Assembly: GCF_040938485.1 (NCBI RefSeq) | Contig: NW_027270972.1 | Location: forward strand, 1,240,001 to 1,304,000 | Length of the DNA: 64,000 nucleotides | Direction: 5' to 3' | From: Diadema antillarum | Lineage: Eukaryota | Part shown: piece by piece, positions 38,605 through 52,525 of the stretch | Layout: every line of letters starts with the position of its first letter | How positions within the stretch are numbered: the stretch's first letter is position 1 | The notes under the pieces: model-generated | Database searches by the model: none | Told to the model about the DNA's origin: nothing | What the model saw: only the letters and a program-made list of their open reading frames with translations | Program-made: the position numbers and the translations under genes

Positions 38605-40085
38605 GTAAGATTCCAAATTTGTGTTTAATTTAGAAGTACATTTGAATAAGCATTGTGTGGTGGTACATTTGTTTTAAGCATAAGATGAAGAATATGCTAA
38701 TTGCAATGCTGCACACTGGCATCGGTCCGATGGTCCCTGACCAGTAAAAATCACTGTTGGACCAGTAACTTTTTCAGGAATGGACCAGTAAAAAATGGAA
38801 ACACTGGGTACCTACTGGTCCGCCATACAGGTTGGACCAGTAAAAAAATGGGTTAGTGCACAGCCATGCTACGTGAACAATGCATGTTACTAAATTGTGT
38901 CTAAGAGTGCAGTTTTGGATGAGAAAGAATGAAAATTGAACAATGATATTAGCGATTTTACTTGAGGATGTATATCCATTCATTCATACCTTAAAAATTG
39001 AACAATAAGCACCTGTGCATAACTAGTTTTAAAAGGAGACGTTCACTACATGACGTAGGACACTTTGCAAAGGGTAATACAACTCTTAACATTGTGCGGA
39101 ATTCCCAATTTTGGTATTTCATAGAACTGGGCATTTATTGCTGGAGGATATTTTTCCTTGTATTGTTTCCTGAGAAATGTATCCTGGTATCGGAACAAAT
39201 TGATATTTGGAGGGGGACATAAGATATTTTCCAATAGATAATGGACTGTGGACTGAGATTCACATCATACAGCATTTGATACATTCCTTCCAAGAAAATG
39301 TTTCCCAGTATTAGCTAGTGCAAATTTAAGTTTAATGTCTCATATAACAAAGGCATAAAGACTGAACATCACATGTTCTTCTATGATATGATGACACTCC
39401 TTTAATAGAACTTGGCCTTTATGGGTAAAAATGTGGACTGAAAAAAGGGCTTTGATTACTCTTCTTACATATCTTAGAAATAGTAATCCACTATACCGCA
39501 GCTTGGTAGGCTCATGTAGAAATCTTGCTACAGTTACCAGTGCATAGTTATATTTTCCAGAGTGAAAAGATGGAATATGAATAAGAATGAGGGAAAAGTT
39601 CACTTGCTGTTTTATTCCATTGTAAAAATATTAGAATTAAAGTCTGAGTTGTATCATACAATAAACCGAGAGATTCCACTTAAAAAGGTAAAGTTTTTTA
39701 TGTAGTAAGCAGAGAGTGGGTATGAACTCTAAATATTCATGTAATCCAGGAAGCCAAATGTTCCAACTATCAAAGCATAGCATATTGGCATTATGTTGAG
39801 AACCTTGTTTATTTGCCATAAAAGTTAACTATGCAACCAGTGAATAAAATATGTTTTTTAATTACCTTTTTGTCAAATGAAACTGACAAATAAAACTGAA
39901 TGAATAAATGAATAAATACCCATAGTCATTGTAAGGTTTGAAATAATGTGTGATTGCACAATTTTCTAAAACAGCTCAATTTTACAAATAGTACTAATCC
40001 TCACATCACACATACATATGTCCATTCTGGTTACTACATAAAATGATGGTAGAAATATTCAATGTCTTTGGAGCCATGTCTGGCC

Positions 40086-40198
40086 AATCCAGGGGCAGAT
40101 GTTGTTGTTGCTGTTGTTGTTGTCGTCATCGTTGTTGGTTGTTGTCGTTGTTGTTGTTGTTGTCTTCTTCATTGTTGTTGTTGTTGATGTTGTTGACA
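40086..40198. repeat. (GTT)n microsatellite
   Basis: Directly visible. It produces the poly-V/L/T ORFs. Confidence 0.95.
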
Positions 40199-40620
40199 AT
40201 GGACAAATATTAGAAAGGACAATATTAGAAAGTTTGCATTGTGCAATGGGAAGCATGAATTGCATTACATCTTCTCTGAAATCAAATTTTGTTTAGGCTG
40301 GATGTTCCTAACTACCTGATTCTCATATACTGTAAACTTTCATCTGAATGTTGTTGTTGATTTCAAAGTACGGTGTATGTTGCATGGCAGACCTGGAAGT
40401 GATCTAGATGCAAAACTGTTTGTAATGTACTTTATCGGTTGCTAGTGTAAAATACCCTATATATTACCTGAATAATACTTTTTGAAATCATAGAATTGCC
40501 TATCAATTGAATTACAGAGCTTGTGTTGTAGAGGTGAGGGGTTATTTATTTGTGTTTTGATTTTTGTTTCTACCTTTGCTGATGCGGATTCATACTTTTG
40601 CTTCCTTCCCCATAAAACAG

Positions 40621-40685
40621 AAAACCGCCTCCAATGCAGCCAGGTCCACCACAGACCCCACCTAGAGACTACTTCCCACAGAAAG
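40621..40685 (+). CDS. Coding exon, 65 nt, phase 2-1: (R)KPPPMQPGPPQTPPRDYFPQK
   Basis: Pyrimidine tract and aacAG acceptor, donor AAG|gtaatt; GC-rich, Pro-rich open frame. Confidence 0.85.
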
Positions 40686-41863
40686 GTAATTAACTCATTT
40701 CTTCCCAGATCCTTCCCTTGCTCATAGCCAAAACACATTGGGGCCAAGATTAAGGGTTAACTTTACTCATGTATTTGTAATGTCAGTGTTGGTCACAGTT
40801 AAGAATTATCCTTGTTAGGACATTGGTAACTGTACACTTGGATGTGCTTTCTGTGTGTTGTTACAGTGCAGTACTATCAAAATGTGTTCCCTGAAATGTA
40901 TAAACAATTCTCAAGGAAGCCTCAGATATATTCCCACAAAATTTTGTGAAGATAGAAGGATGGAAGTGAATTACGTGACTCTGTTGTGTCTTCTTACAAA
41001 TTTTGCCTATAGATCTGTTTTAGTGTGTCAGACACATTGCACTGGGATTCTTCCTGCTTGTTCTTCTGAGTAAAGCTCTTTGGAATATTAATACTTCTAT
41101 CACATTTAAAAGAGGCAGGTCGGACAATGCTTTAATTGAAGTGAAACTGTAAATAGACCCTGGGATTCTACTCAGAATGGTTTACAGTTACATGAACATG
41201 TCCTTTTTTGTTTTTTGTTTGTTTTTTCAAAATATGATGGATGTTATTTCTACTATGCTGCCTGCTTCTCAGTTCATGACTGATATATTGCATGCTAACC
41301 AAACACTTTGTTTTTATCAGGATAAAAAAGATGTAATGGGCAGAAAGATCATTGGTCAAAACTCCAGTCATGATAATCTCTTTATCTCTTTATGTGTTAA
41401 TTTTGCTCATCTTGGAAAATATTTTTAAGTCTTCCAAGCACCACATTATACAATATACAATGCTATCAATAATGTACATAAAATATGTTAATACCCACTG
41501 GAATAAAAGAATCAATCAATTAATTTTCAATATGGCGTCTTGTAGCACAAGTGTGTTGGTTGTTTTGTTTTTGAAAAAAAAAAGGAGGACTTGTAGTGAA
41601 TGGCATCACAGAATCAAATGGAACATTTTTTAGCAGAGACAAACAAACAAACAAATATAATAAAAAATCAAGGACTAATGTCTGGTTTCATATTCATTTC
41701 TGCATGTTCCTGTCTTTTTTTCATTCATTCATTCTTATGATGTGTTTGCCTGGTCAATAGACAGGCTTGAGCTGACATTACAGTTTGTACATAATATCTA
41801 TGTTTGTTTTCTAAAAGGTCAAGAATATAGACACACAACACATTCTTTGACCCATCCATACAC

Positions 41864-42255
41864 TTAAAGGGTGTGTACAGCTGTGGTTGAGGTGAGGATT
41901 TAGCTTTTAACATTTTGCGAGATATTCAGACACCACTCTATGAGATGTCAAAGAGCATGCAATTCTAAGGGGTATCAAAAGTTTATTTGATGAAAATCGG
42001 TTTTGAAATGGCTGAGATAACCAAAAACAAGGTGAAACAAAGAGATCCTAATAAAAGGCGTGGCCTGTCGCCTTTTATTATTATCACTCTTTTGGATATC
42101 TCAGCCATTTGAAAACCAATTTTCATCAAATAAATGATGAATTCTTCTTAAAACTATATGGTCTTTCATATTTCATGAGAGGTTTGTCATTATCTCACTT
42201 AGGAATGTTCAAAACATGAATCCCCACCTCAACCAGTACTGTACAGTCCCTTTAA
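41864..42255 (+). mobile_element. Kolobok-like MITE, family K2 diverged copy
   Basis: TTAA-agggtgtgtacag ... ctgtacagtccct-TTAA; interior homologous to 21777 and 49367. Confidence 0.75.
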
Positions 42256-43523
42256 CTGCAGAACCCAACTTCTTGCCATTTCTGATGTCAAGCTTTTTGA
42301 ACAGTTTTGATAAAAGGCAGTGAAAGTATTCTCCAATATTTTTTTCATCCGGATTCAGGTATATTTGGGCTATGATTTGAATGTTGGTATTGTGATTTCC
42401 ATATCAAAATCAAAGCATATCAGTCAGTCAAGCAAAGTGTTTAATTTTCAATTCAAGCTGATAAGTGATCCAGCATCCTATGAAAGCTTTAAAGAGACCT
42501 TCAGTGCCGTTAACATCTGATGATGCATGGCATGAATGAAACCATGTGAAAGCGCACACCTAACAGATTGGCACCAAAGAGCCCAGAATTTCCTCCATTT
42601 TGACAACTGATTGAATTTGACAGGCCACTGTTTGGTATCTGCAAATTCAATTATGGCCGGGAGGCAAGAACTGCTGTAAGAGTGCGTGAAGGAGGAAAAG
42701 GCACGTGAGTGATGGTGTGTTTGCAAACACAAGGGGAGCTGCATCGAAAGAGTCGTCTTCAAACGAGTCACATGTCAAGTGGTGTGAGGGACTCGAAAGT
42801 TTGTCTGTCAATCGCAACAGCCTGTCAAGGGAGGGCGCTGTCTATAAAGATAAATGAAAAGGAAATTATGGCAATTTCAACAAGTTTTTATGTCTGCTTT
42901 TCCTCCTACATCTTGGCGGTCTCGACAAAATGTATCAAAGTGGATATAATTCTAATTTTGACAAGAAAACAGAAGGTGACTGATATAACCACTGAATGAT
43001 AGGAGAGTGCCGAAATAATTGAGCACATTGTTATGATAGTCAGTTTAACCCGTTATCTCAATACAGTGATAATGTTTGTTAAAGCCATGAAACTGTACGA
43101 GGATTTGCAGTTGATTTGGCTGAACATGAAGAATATCAGATTTTTTCAAATATCGGAAATTCGATATTTGAAATTCCTTTGTCAATTCTAAGGTCTAGGG
43201 CTGTGTTGCCATAGTGCTTAAAATTGATATGTACTGTAGTATTTGAATCCTTTGATTTTCTCAAAACAGTAGCTGCATTCACACACATGATTGAATGATT
43301 TCTGCATTGTGATGCTAAAAGTGATTTTATTTGCTACTGTTCAATATGCATGCTTTGCAGGGCAAATTAGAGTTTAAAAAAAAGAAAAAATCGACAGTGA
43401 CCAGAATGTGACCTTTGGCATCCAAGTGAGCAAACCTACTGTGGCGAGTTGCATTATTGGATTTTGATGAAATCTCCCCATGCCATTCACACACTCTACG
43501 CAAGGAAATTATCATGATACAAA

Positions 43524-43559
<36 letters not shown>

Positions 43560-44921
43560 AAATCACATAAGACTGATTTTTGCATCACGATGTAAATTTC
43601 AATAATCAATGATTTCTTATCTCATGCACAAAAATGATCAGATTTTGCATTGCATCTATATAGCAAAATGCAAAATTAAAAAAAAAAAGTTTTAATTTCG
43701 GGTCTATGTGAAAGTGGCATTATGTTTATGCTGTTTGATGGCAGGCCTCACTGTGCCGTGTCTGTGGTAGGTTTGTGGACATTATATGGGGCAAATTAGA
43801 GCCATTTTTTGGACCTTCACTCCTGGAATATAGATTGGGCAGAGTTACATTGCTTGCTCTAACCATTTTATGAGCCTTGCTTTGATTGAAACGTTTCGGA
43901 TTTGCACTGGAGGTCCTCCAGAAAGTATTAGCGCCAAGTTCGGGCGAAGTCTTGACACTTGATGTACCATCACAGCCCCTTTCAGTTTCCCAGGGCCCTA
44001 TCGTCTCCTGAAAGAAAAAAGATATTGTAAGGTGTTTCATGAGAAATGGGTGACGCAATCGGTCCTGGACAAGCACTCAGAGTTCAAACAGAAGACACAC
44101 GTAGGAACTTTTCTGCGGAACATGTGTTACGAAGTGGCCTGTCTAATTTGATATCAATCACTGTGGAAACGAGCTACTGATGAAGGGGAAATACGGTGAT
44201 GCTCATTACTTGACCCTTCCTGTTAGCCAGAGGGTGGACAGCCACGTATGTCGCCAAGAGCAGGCGGGGGTGTGACAAATGAAAAACAAAGGTTTACAAG
44301 GACAGGGTTTGTGGGAGGGTGAATAGAAGGGCTTTAAACAAACTAGCTGGGTCTATATCATGAAAACACCAGTTGATCAGGTAGGCCTACCCCCAGTTTA
44401 TACTGTCACTGCGTCAGATAATTCCCAGGTGAGTGTTTGGTTACTCTTCTACATGGGTAGAATCTACTGTACAAGCAACTGGTCTTATGTTGACCTTCAT
44501 TATTCATAAAATGTGTAGCAGCTGAAATTGTCACCTTCACCAAGTTCACTGTCAAGGTTATTAGGGGAGGGATTAGGGTAATAAGACTGGCACACAAAAA
44601 CAGAGGAAAAAACTGAGGAGCTCCAAAACCAGCAAATGAACCAGTGACATATTGGTGTGCAATCCATGGCCATGGATTTACCAATTGATTGCCAACAAAT
44701 AAAATTGCTGCCGCAAGTAAATCATCAATCAACACAAAAGCGTGTATAGTTTGATGATGCAATTAATAGTAAAGACAAACGTGTGTGCTCTCCTCTGTGC
44801 GATGGTAATGTTTTGTGCAAACTGCTGAATCTAAAATACGAATCTATGTATTTCAGTTGTGTTTGACTATCAATTTGATTTGCATCTCCTTCATTTTTGT
44901 TTTCTTTGTAATGTACGCAAG

Positions 44922-44945
44922 AAGATCCCGCAGACAATGAAGAGG
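44922..44945 (+). CDS. 24-nt micro-exon, phase 1-1: EDPADNEE(G)
   Basis: Pyrimidine tract, tandem acceptor AAG-AAG (44919-44924), donor GG|gtgaga; the acidic frame continues the gene. Confidence 0.6.
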
Positions 44946-47033
44946 GTGAGAAGACAGTTTATATCTTCTTTGAGCGTTTCTTCATTTAAATGTGTTTACT
45001 CCCATCAATCAAAAGTTCACCTTGTCATTGACTGTTGTCTTGCAATGCACCTATACATGACCCCCCTTGCCTCCGAGTTTTCTGTCTATCCAAAAAGCTG
45101 CTATCCTCAATCTGTCACTATCGCCTGTCAACCTGCCACACCCACATTTCTCTTGCACCCTCTATGTTGGCCTGATGCCCTTAGAGAGGGAAAGTCCATC
45201 CTGGGATTATGTTGCTGTGAATGACAACCAAAAAATCAGGGGAGTAAATCAGTGAAATCTTGGGAAAAACTTGGACTTGCAAAATAAAAAAAGTTATGAA
45301 TTATAAAAAAAAAAAAAAATACGAATTATAAGATTTTGGAGATTAAGACAAATTTTTGCAACTGTGTGATCTAGGTGGTGAACAGCTCTCTGTTTTTTTC
45401 CCCCCTCAGATTTCACTAATTCTCATATTTCTAAAAATTTGAGCACTGACAGAACTTATCCATTGAGGAGGACATGTTAAAACATATTATTGTTATTTCA
45501 TACCTAGAACAGGTCAAGAGAAAGTTTATCATGGGAGAAAAATGGGAAAATATTGTGTACTTTAAATTAAATTCAAAGCTATTCCATACAGAGTTGCAAA
45601 TTTGTTCTACTCTCTGAACTTTTACACTTTGTAACTTTTACTTATGGCTGTGTATGGCTTTCTCCCCCAAATTTTCACTGATCTTGTTTACTAATTGTTC
45701 TGTTTTCATACAAAGCAAAATAATATCAGGATGGAAATTCCCCTTTTTAAGGTTTCTTATATCATTTTCAGCACAAAGTTTCTGTCCTAGATACCCACTG
45801 GCCATCTTTGCCTTCTATGTGTGAATTTGGTATTCAAGGCCCTGACATTTATGTCTATCAGTGGGCGACCTTTACAAGTTTTCTTTGTGCACATAATCTT
45901 TGTGTTTGAAGTGCTGCTACATGTTTCACTGTTTCCCCTCTGCTTGAAATCACACTGCACTGTACGTATGTGTTGGTAGCATGTTTGTTTTCAAAAGAGG
46001 GAATTTAGGTGCAAATGTATGAAAGAAATATTAATGCAAAAATGGAAAGTACCAATTTTCAGTGCCTAGTTTTCATCCATTTTGAATCCATAAAATACCA
46101 TCAATGAATTAATACCATCTACATCTCTTTGCAGCATGTAGCACAAGCTCTACATAAACACAGCAGAAAAAAGATACAACCAAATTTGATCGATATGCGT
46201 ACATGGCACATCAAATCATTAGCAAACACTTCTCATATCATTGATTTTGTCTTTGTGCACGTAGTGATTATACTTGCGAAAGTAAAATCATTTAGACTGC
46301 ATATACAGCTATGGTCACTCCTCAAGAGTTCAAACTGAGACCAAAACCTTTGGATACAAAGTGCATATAGTCATTTCATCAAAACATGCTTTGACAGTGT
46401 GCCTTGACAATGCATTATCATTTTACTTGTCGTGGAGGAATATCGCATTCTATTTCATGTAGAAATTGAATCCAAAGTGCTGTCATTCACTCTTTAGTGC
46501 TGTACTTGGACTTGCACTTATTGTTTAATTCATCAGTTTTGGTTTTTGTCTTTGTGCAGGAGAAATATGTTCTCTTTCTGTGTAGAAAGTAAATTTTAAG
46601 TGTTAGCATGCACATTTCAATGCAGTACTTGAAATTGCACTTATTGCGTAAAGTTCATGTGTCCCTTTTTTGCAACCTGGAAGGTCGGTAATTCAGGCCT
46701 TTCTTCAAAATAATAAAGTTGGAAGCTTCTTTATGATGGAGGGCAAACAATACTATCATTCTTCGGTGAATGTATTTGGACCTAAAAAAAAATATTCCAA
46801 CTGTTATTCTTGGTACAAAAGGGAGCAAATTCTGAAATAACATGGAGTAAGTTTTTCATTTCTTTTTAGAAAACTGTAAGGTGTATTACTATAAGATTTC
46901 ATATGCAATGTTTGGAGCCAGTATTCTTCAACCATGCAAAATTTTGTTGCGAATGGGATATACCACCTTTAAGTTATTAGTCATAGTTGTTATCCTAGTT
47001 CTTCTGTTACTATTTACACAGACTTTCTTTTCT

Positions 47034-47076
47034 CCCCCCCCCCCCCCCCCCCCCGGGGGGGGGGGGGGGGGGGGGG
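47034..47076. repeat. C21 directly joined to G22
   Basis: Homopolymer runs read directly from the sequence. Confidence 0.9.
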
Positions 47077-48997
47077 TAAGAGAAGTGTTTGAAATATTTT
47101 TGTTTGAGATTATTTGAGGTTGGACTATTTTACCAGATTTCAGAAGATCTTGATATCATCATAATTTGTTTAAGTTAGTGGAAGCCCCCAAATGATTAGA
47201 AATGTTGGTATGGTATGTATCACTAGAAAATCACAGCAACCTCAAAAAAGAATGATACAATTACTACTAGTCCTGATGCAACTATCAGATGACTAACAGG
47301 CAGTGTTTTGTACACTTCTTGTACCACATGTCCCCACAAATTACCCTGAACTGCAAGTCTGACAAAAACCAGCCAGATAAAGTAGTACAGTAATTTTCTC
47401 ACTGCTAACATTGCACCACTCAGAAAAGCTCACCATTTCTGGCTTGGAAGCCTGCACTGAAACTAACACCCAAATACTGCCACTATGTCTATCGTGTACC
47501 TCCTAATATTTCACTAAATGGCTTCGCTCAGCTCTATACTGAATGGCCATGTCATGAAAACAAATACATTGATGTGTACCTCACCTCAAAAAGCAAATGT
47601 GCTTTCGCTCTCTACCGGCAGCATGATCAAAAATACAATTGTCAAAAGCAATTATAAGTAACTAATGTGTCTTTGTTTTCTGCCACAGGACCATATGTCA
47701 TGTGATCTTAGCATTAGTGTTGTTTTCATCATTAATTGTATTGGATGTCAGTTATCTTTAGTCCTATTGACTGTTGTAAGTGTTTGTTCCTCATGCAATT
47801 ATCTTGATGTCAAGATCTCGCAGTTATCCAGTTTAAGTTTGTAATCCTTTTATGATGTACATGTAATAGAGGAAGAGTAGTTTTGAAAGATAGTCTTAAG
47901 CCTTCTCTAGACTCTTTCATAACTTCAATACTGATAGAGGTATAGATACTCTGCTGTTGTTCTGGTATCATGTTTTTCAAGCAGAAATTCCCCTAATGGT
48001 TATGCTTTGAAATAACAATACAGTGTTACTTATAGTTGCCAAAGTTTTGATGTCATTAAAAAATGAGGCCATTCACATGTCTATTCAGATACGGACATGG
48101 AACCTACTTGAGTTGCAATCACTTCTGAAAGAATAGTCCTTTCCTTTAATTATCAGTTTTCATCTTGGTGCTTGTACATAACCTTCAACAACAGCAAAGC
48201 TGACAATAGATTCCTCGAAGTTAAAGTGCTTTGATTTGCTACAGATGGCAGACATAATTAACATCAAAGTGATATGAATGTGTAAAGTTGCTGGAAAGAG
48301 TAAAAAGTGCAAGACGTAATGAATAGAAACAAAACCTGCTGGGAAAGCTGTCTTTGTTATGATTTTATTTTATATTTATTGTCCCTTTGCATGACTTTGT
48401 CTTTAAATGAAATACAGTACCACATAAGAAACAAATGACATATCATACATGTACATACAAATGATGATATACATGTACAATAGTCAACCATGCCTTAGTC
48501 GACCTTGCACAAGTCGAAAAATTGGCTTAGTCTAAAAACAAAATTATACCTAAATTGCTCGTTACATGTGTTAATTCTATTGTGTTATTTAGAAGAATAG
48601 TATCATAAAGTTTTCTCTAACATTCCCAAGTACACTACCATTCTATCGTTTGAAAACTGTGCTTGCACATGTGTTTGTACTTGTATCAGTACTTAATGCC
48701 TGCAGTGGAGCGCTTGTAGTTGATATCCTATTTCTGCTTCGACTGAGCTTAAATGTACCAATACCCTAAGTTATTATGTTTGCTATATTTGTAGAATATA
48801 TGCTTGAGACATGCCTTCTGCAAAATATTGGAATTTTTTGTCACTCCCAGTTTTATTTATTGGGGGTTAAATGTAAGTTTTAAAGGGTATACAAGAACGA
48901 AAACAACTTGAAATAGACTCGGTGATTACCTGATTTTTTCAATTCAGTAATTGCGCAATCGATATTTTTTTTTCCAAATACATCTCAAACGATAGTT

Positions 48998-49094
48998 ATA
49001 TTGTTGGGTGAGAATTATAAGGGCATTTCAGGTGCCTTGAATACAGTGGCTTTAGTGGCAACTTAGCGCCTTTATCATTCTCAACCAACGATAT
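48998..49094. repeat. Small imperfect inverted-repeat element
   Basis: atattgttgggtgagaattataaggg ... cctttatcattctcaaccaacgatat. Confidence 0.55.
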
Positions 49095-49366
49095 GCAATG
49101 CATGTGCATGACCAGCTGCCTCTGGCCCATGCAGTTATCTTGAGTGAATTTGTAAAAATGTACGCGTAAAGCTAGAATGCGCACCCATCAGTACCGGCCC
49201 TCATGGAGCAGAACTTAAACGCGTGGAGCACAAGTGCCAAATTGTTATAGAGATATGATCTGATTTATCGAAATGTGTATACTTTGGGGGCTATCACAGG
49301 TGAATTATGACTTGTTAGGTGTATTCTAGCTGTTTACAAGTTTGATTTCCAGGGTATTGGTACACT

Positions 49367-49757
49367 TTAAAGGGATAGTACAGTATTGGTGGAGATGAGA
49401 ATTGGGCTTTCAACTTTTTGCGAGATACCAAGAAAACACGTATGATATAGTACAGAGCATACCATTTTAAGAGGAATTCAAAGTTTATTAGATGAAAATC
49501 GGGTTTGGAATGACTGAAACATCCAAAAACAAAGTAAAACGAAGCGATCGTAATAAAGTGTGGGTCCCACACTTTATTAGAATCGCTCTTTTTTGGATAT
49601 CTCGGCCATTTCAAAACCAATTTTCATCAAATAAACGTAGAATTCCTCATAGAATTACATGCTCTTTCATATTTCATAAGAGGTTTCTCATTATCTCACC
49701 AAAAAAATGTTAGAAACCTGAAATTAGGTCTCAACCAAAACTATACGATCCCTTTAA
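49367..49757 (+). mobile_element. Kolobok-like MITE, family K2 copy 2
   Basis: TTAA-agggatagtacagt ... atacgatccct-TTAA; nearly identical to 21777-22169. Confidence 0.8.
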
Positions 49758-50181
49758 AACAAACACCGCAGTCCTCACACTTAAGCACCGGGTTTGCCAT
49801 GTGCATGTGCATTGATGTAATTATGTGTACCATCTCCCTAAAATTACAAATCATCACGGATGATTATGCATTGCTATACAAGGTTATCCCATTATGATTT
49901 GCCTACCAATTAATAATTGAATGAAATATGCCATTAACAAAAAAAAAGAAGAAAAAGGAAAGAGAACTCCCACTTGTTCCTTTGCATTTATCGTACAGAT
50001 CATAGTTGTGCTATACAGACTGCAAATTTGCACTTTCTGTACCCGAAGTCACTCCACTCCACAAATTAGGAATAGGAGCAGCCAAATGGCTCTCGTTAAT
50101 AAAGAAAGTAGAATTACCAATAACATAATATATGAACTACTGCTTTGACTATTAACTTGAGCAAACTGTAGAATTTGCATC

Positions 50182-50218
<37 letters not shown>

Positions 50219-50300
50219 GGCAAGGTGCTAATGACAGTTGTCATAATAGCATTTGATTTTTTTGTTGACTTTCTCAAATATTTTGCAACTTCTCAAGTAG

Positions 50301-50336
50301 GAGAGGGAGAGGACAATGAAACTGATGAGTTTGAAG
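50301..50336 (+). CDS. 36-nt exon, phase 1-1: (G)EGEDNETDEFE
   Basis: Tandem acceptor AAG-TAG (50295-50300), donor AAG|gtgaga; strongly acidic open frame. Confidence 0.7.
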
Positions 50337-52340
50337 GTGAGACAGAGCTTTTCTAAAGATCTCACTTGCTACGCTTCCGCTTGCAGAGAGCAGCACATTG
50401 TAATCTTTTTCTCTTTTTTAAAAAGAATTTCAGTTGGATGATATTTTTGGAGTGCTTGCAAACTTGACGTGTTCTCGCAAAGATTATTTGGTAGATGCGA
50501 CTTCATCGAAAAAGGATTCAGAACTTACTCACACAGTTATTCTGTACTAATTTTGACTGTTCCTGATGACAGCAGCACCACACATAAGAATCTAGGTCAT
50601 TTTTATTTTTTATTTCTTCTTTACACTGTAACAAGGTGCCAGCTGCTGGTATAGCAAGAGGCAAGTTGCCTTTGTCCAGACTTTTGTTAAGTAAGATTTT
50701 CTGCAGGTCTTGGGACAATAGCCTTCTTCCAGGGCTCTGTTCCATGACACTTTCTGCAGTTGCTTCAAGCTTCCACAGACAGAAGAACTCTACTATCTTT
50801 AACAAACTGTGAAAAGGAAAACACTAAATTTTGTTAATGATACCCACATGCTAACATTAAGAAGGTTAAAAAGGAAGACTAATTCCTGCTGTACCAAACT
50901 GCATGAGCATGAGCTGATGACATTGCCTTTAAGTTAGCACCCTCCCTTCTGCTCTTTAATCTTCATAATCCTAATTATAGTCCTTTTTGCACATTCTCTT
51001 AACAATTGCTAAGTTTCTGACTTAACTCTGCTATGAAATTCAAAGAAGTTGCCCCATTTTACTTAAAGCACTGGCTTTGTTACTTATGCAGAAGATGCTG
51101 TGCTTCTCTCGAGAGCTTACTGTAGAATGCCAGCTTAAGTGTTTTTCACTCTTGCGGGTGCATGCCTGCTTTACAGTATTGAAGTGATTGCTATGGTGGA
51201 TATTATTGTTTACTTGATAACATTTTGGAAAGAAAAAAATGTCCAGAGGCTTTTAGTCACCGAATATGATCACATTATTGTACCAGGTCAGCATGGCCCA
51301 CTTTTAAAGGGCTGTAATTTGTGTCCTGCCTGTAGCAAAATGCTTTGACCTATACTCAAATTTTGCAGTGAATGTTCTATATGTATATATGAATGACTGA
51401 TTATACCAAGTCAGTGATCAAGTATCAGTATGACAATAACACTGTCCCTAAAGTGACTGAATCAGGAGAAATCACACCATACTGAGATGTTTTAGGACAT
51501 TGAGGCCATGCACACGCTGATTAATCTGGCCCAGATGTGAAAACATTATTATTGTCACTGTCCCTGGCAGCAATTAGTGACATCATACCAAACTTGATGA
51601 AGTTGAAACTTTGTTTCATGCCTGCCCCTCAGAGGATCTGGGGTGCAGTGAAAGGCAAAGTTTTTATTTGACATTGTACATATTTCTGCTAATCCCTAAA
51701 CTCCTGGGGGAATTTCAACTGCAGAATTAATCTTCTTCCCATTATTAAATTGGCAACCCCGAATTTTACAGCACATCTTATATTTGAGAGAGAAAAAAAA
51801 ATGGTGTAACTGGTTGCATTAATTCAATCTGCACCAAATCAGAACAATCCTGAAAATCTAAATTTGAGAGGGAAACACTTTAACTTTAATTATCGTAAAT
51901 GTACTGCCAATTTAAGGATTAGTAATTTAGCAATTTTATCGGAGGTGTTTGATATATCTGCAACTGAAATAATTATATAATGGTATATGATCATAATAGA
52001 GCTCAGATGAAAGACATATTTTTATTCAAACATATCAAACAGTAACAATGAAGAGTAAAATTTGTGATAAAAAGATAACAGTACCTAACTACAGAAATGC
52101 TCTAGTTGTATTTTGCATAGATAAGACATTTCACAGATTTTCCAATTCCACATTATAGTGGTAATTTTTTTTTTATGGACCAGCCTTCGTGAAGAGTGGT
52201 CCAAAAAGGCACTTTTGTTCATTTCAAGAATTGTTGACATTATCAAAATATCACTTCAAAACTAATTATGCTTAATTAATTTAAGTTGAAAAACAAAATA
52301 TCTTAAGTTATCTAATATCTTTGAATGTGCATAAAATGAC

Positions 52341-52525
52341 ACCTGGGGGGCATTTCATCAACGAGTTCGTCGGAGTTTTCACCGACGAATTTGCTATCAG
52401 CCAATCAGACGCAAGGATTTATACTGACAACTGTCAAAAGCTAATGAAATCCTTGGTCTGATTGGCTGATAGCAAATTTGTCGGTGAAAACTCCGACGAA
52501 CTCGTTGATGAAACGCCCCCCAGGT
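52341..52525. mobile_element. 185-bp near-perfect hairpin MITE (Harbinger-like termini)
   Basis: acctggggggcatttcatcaacgagttcgtcggag ... ctccgacgaactcgttgatgaaacgccccccaggt; about 77-bp arms with about 3 differences. Confidence 0.9.

Noticed and set aside
47300-47620. FN3-like fragment LTISGLEACTE
   Set aside because: Spacing to the other FN3 landmarks is wrong and there are several stops; probably chance.
47690-47850. Strong + strand acceptor (tttgttttctgccacAG)
   Set aside because: In the gene's phase it reaches a stop after 5 codons, and no matching donor was found. It cannot be supported without RNA data.
48476-48757. Possible degenerate Tc1/mariner MITE (tagtcgac...ttcgactgag)
   Set aside because: The termini are too decayed to define boundaries.
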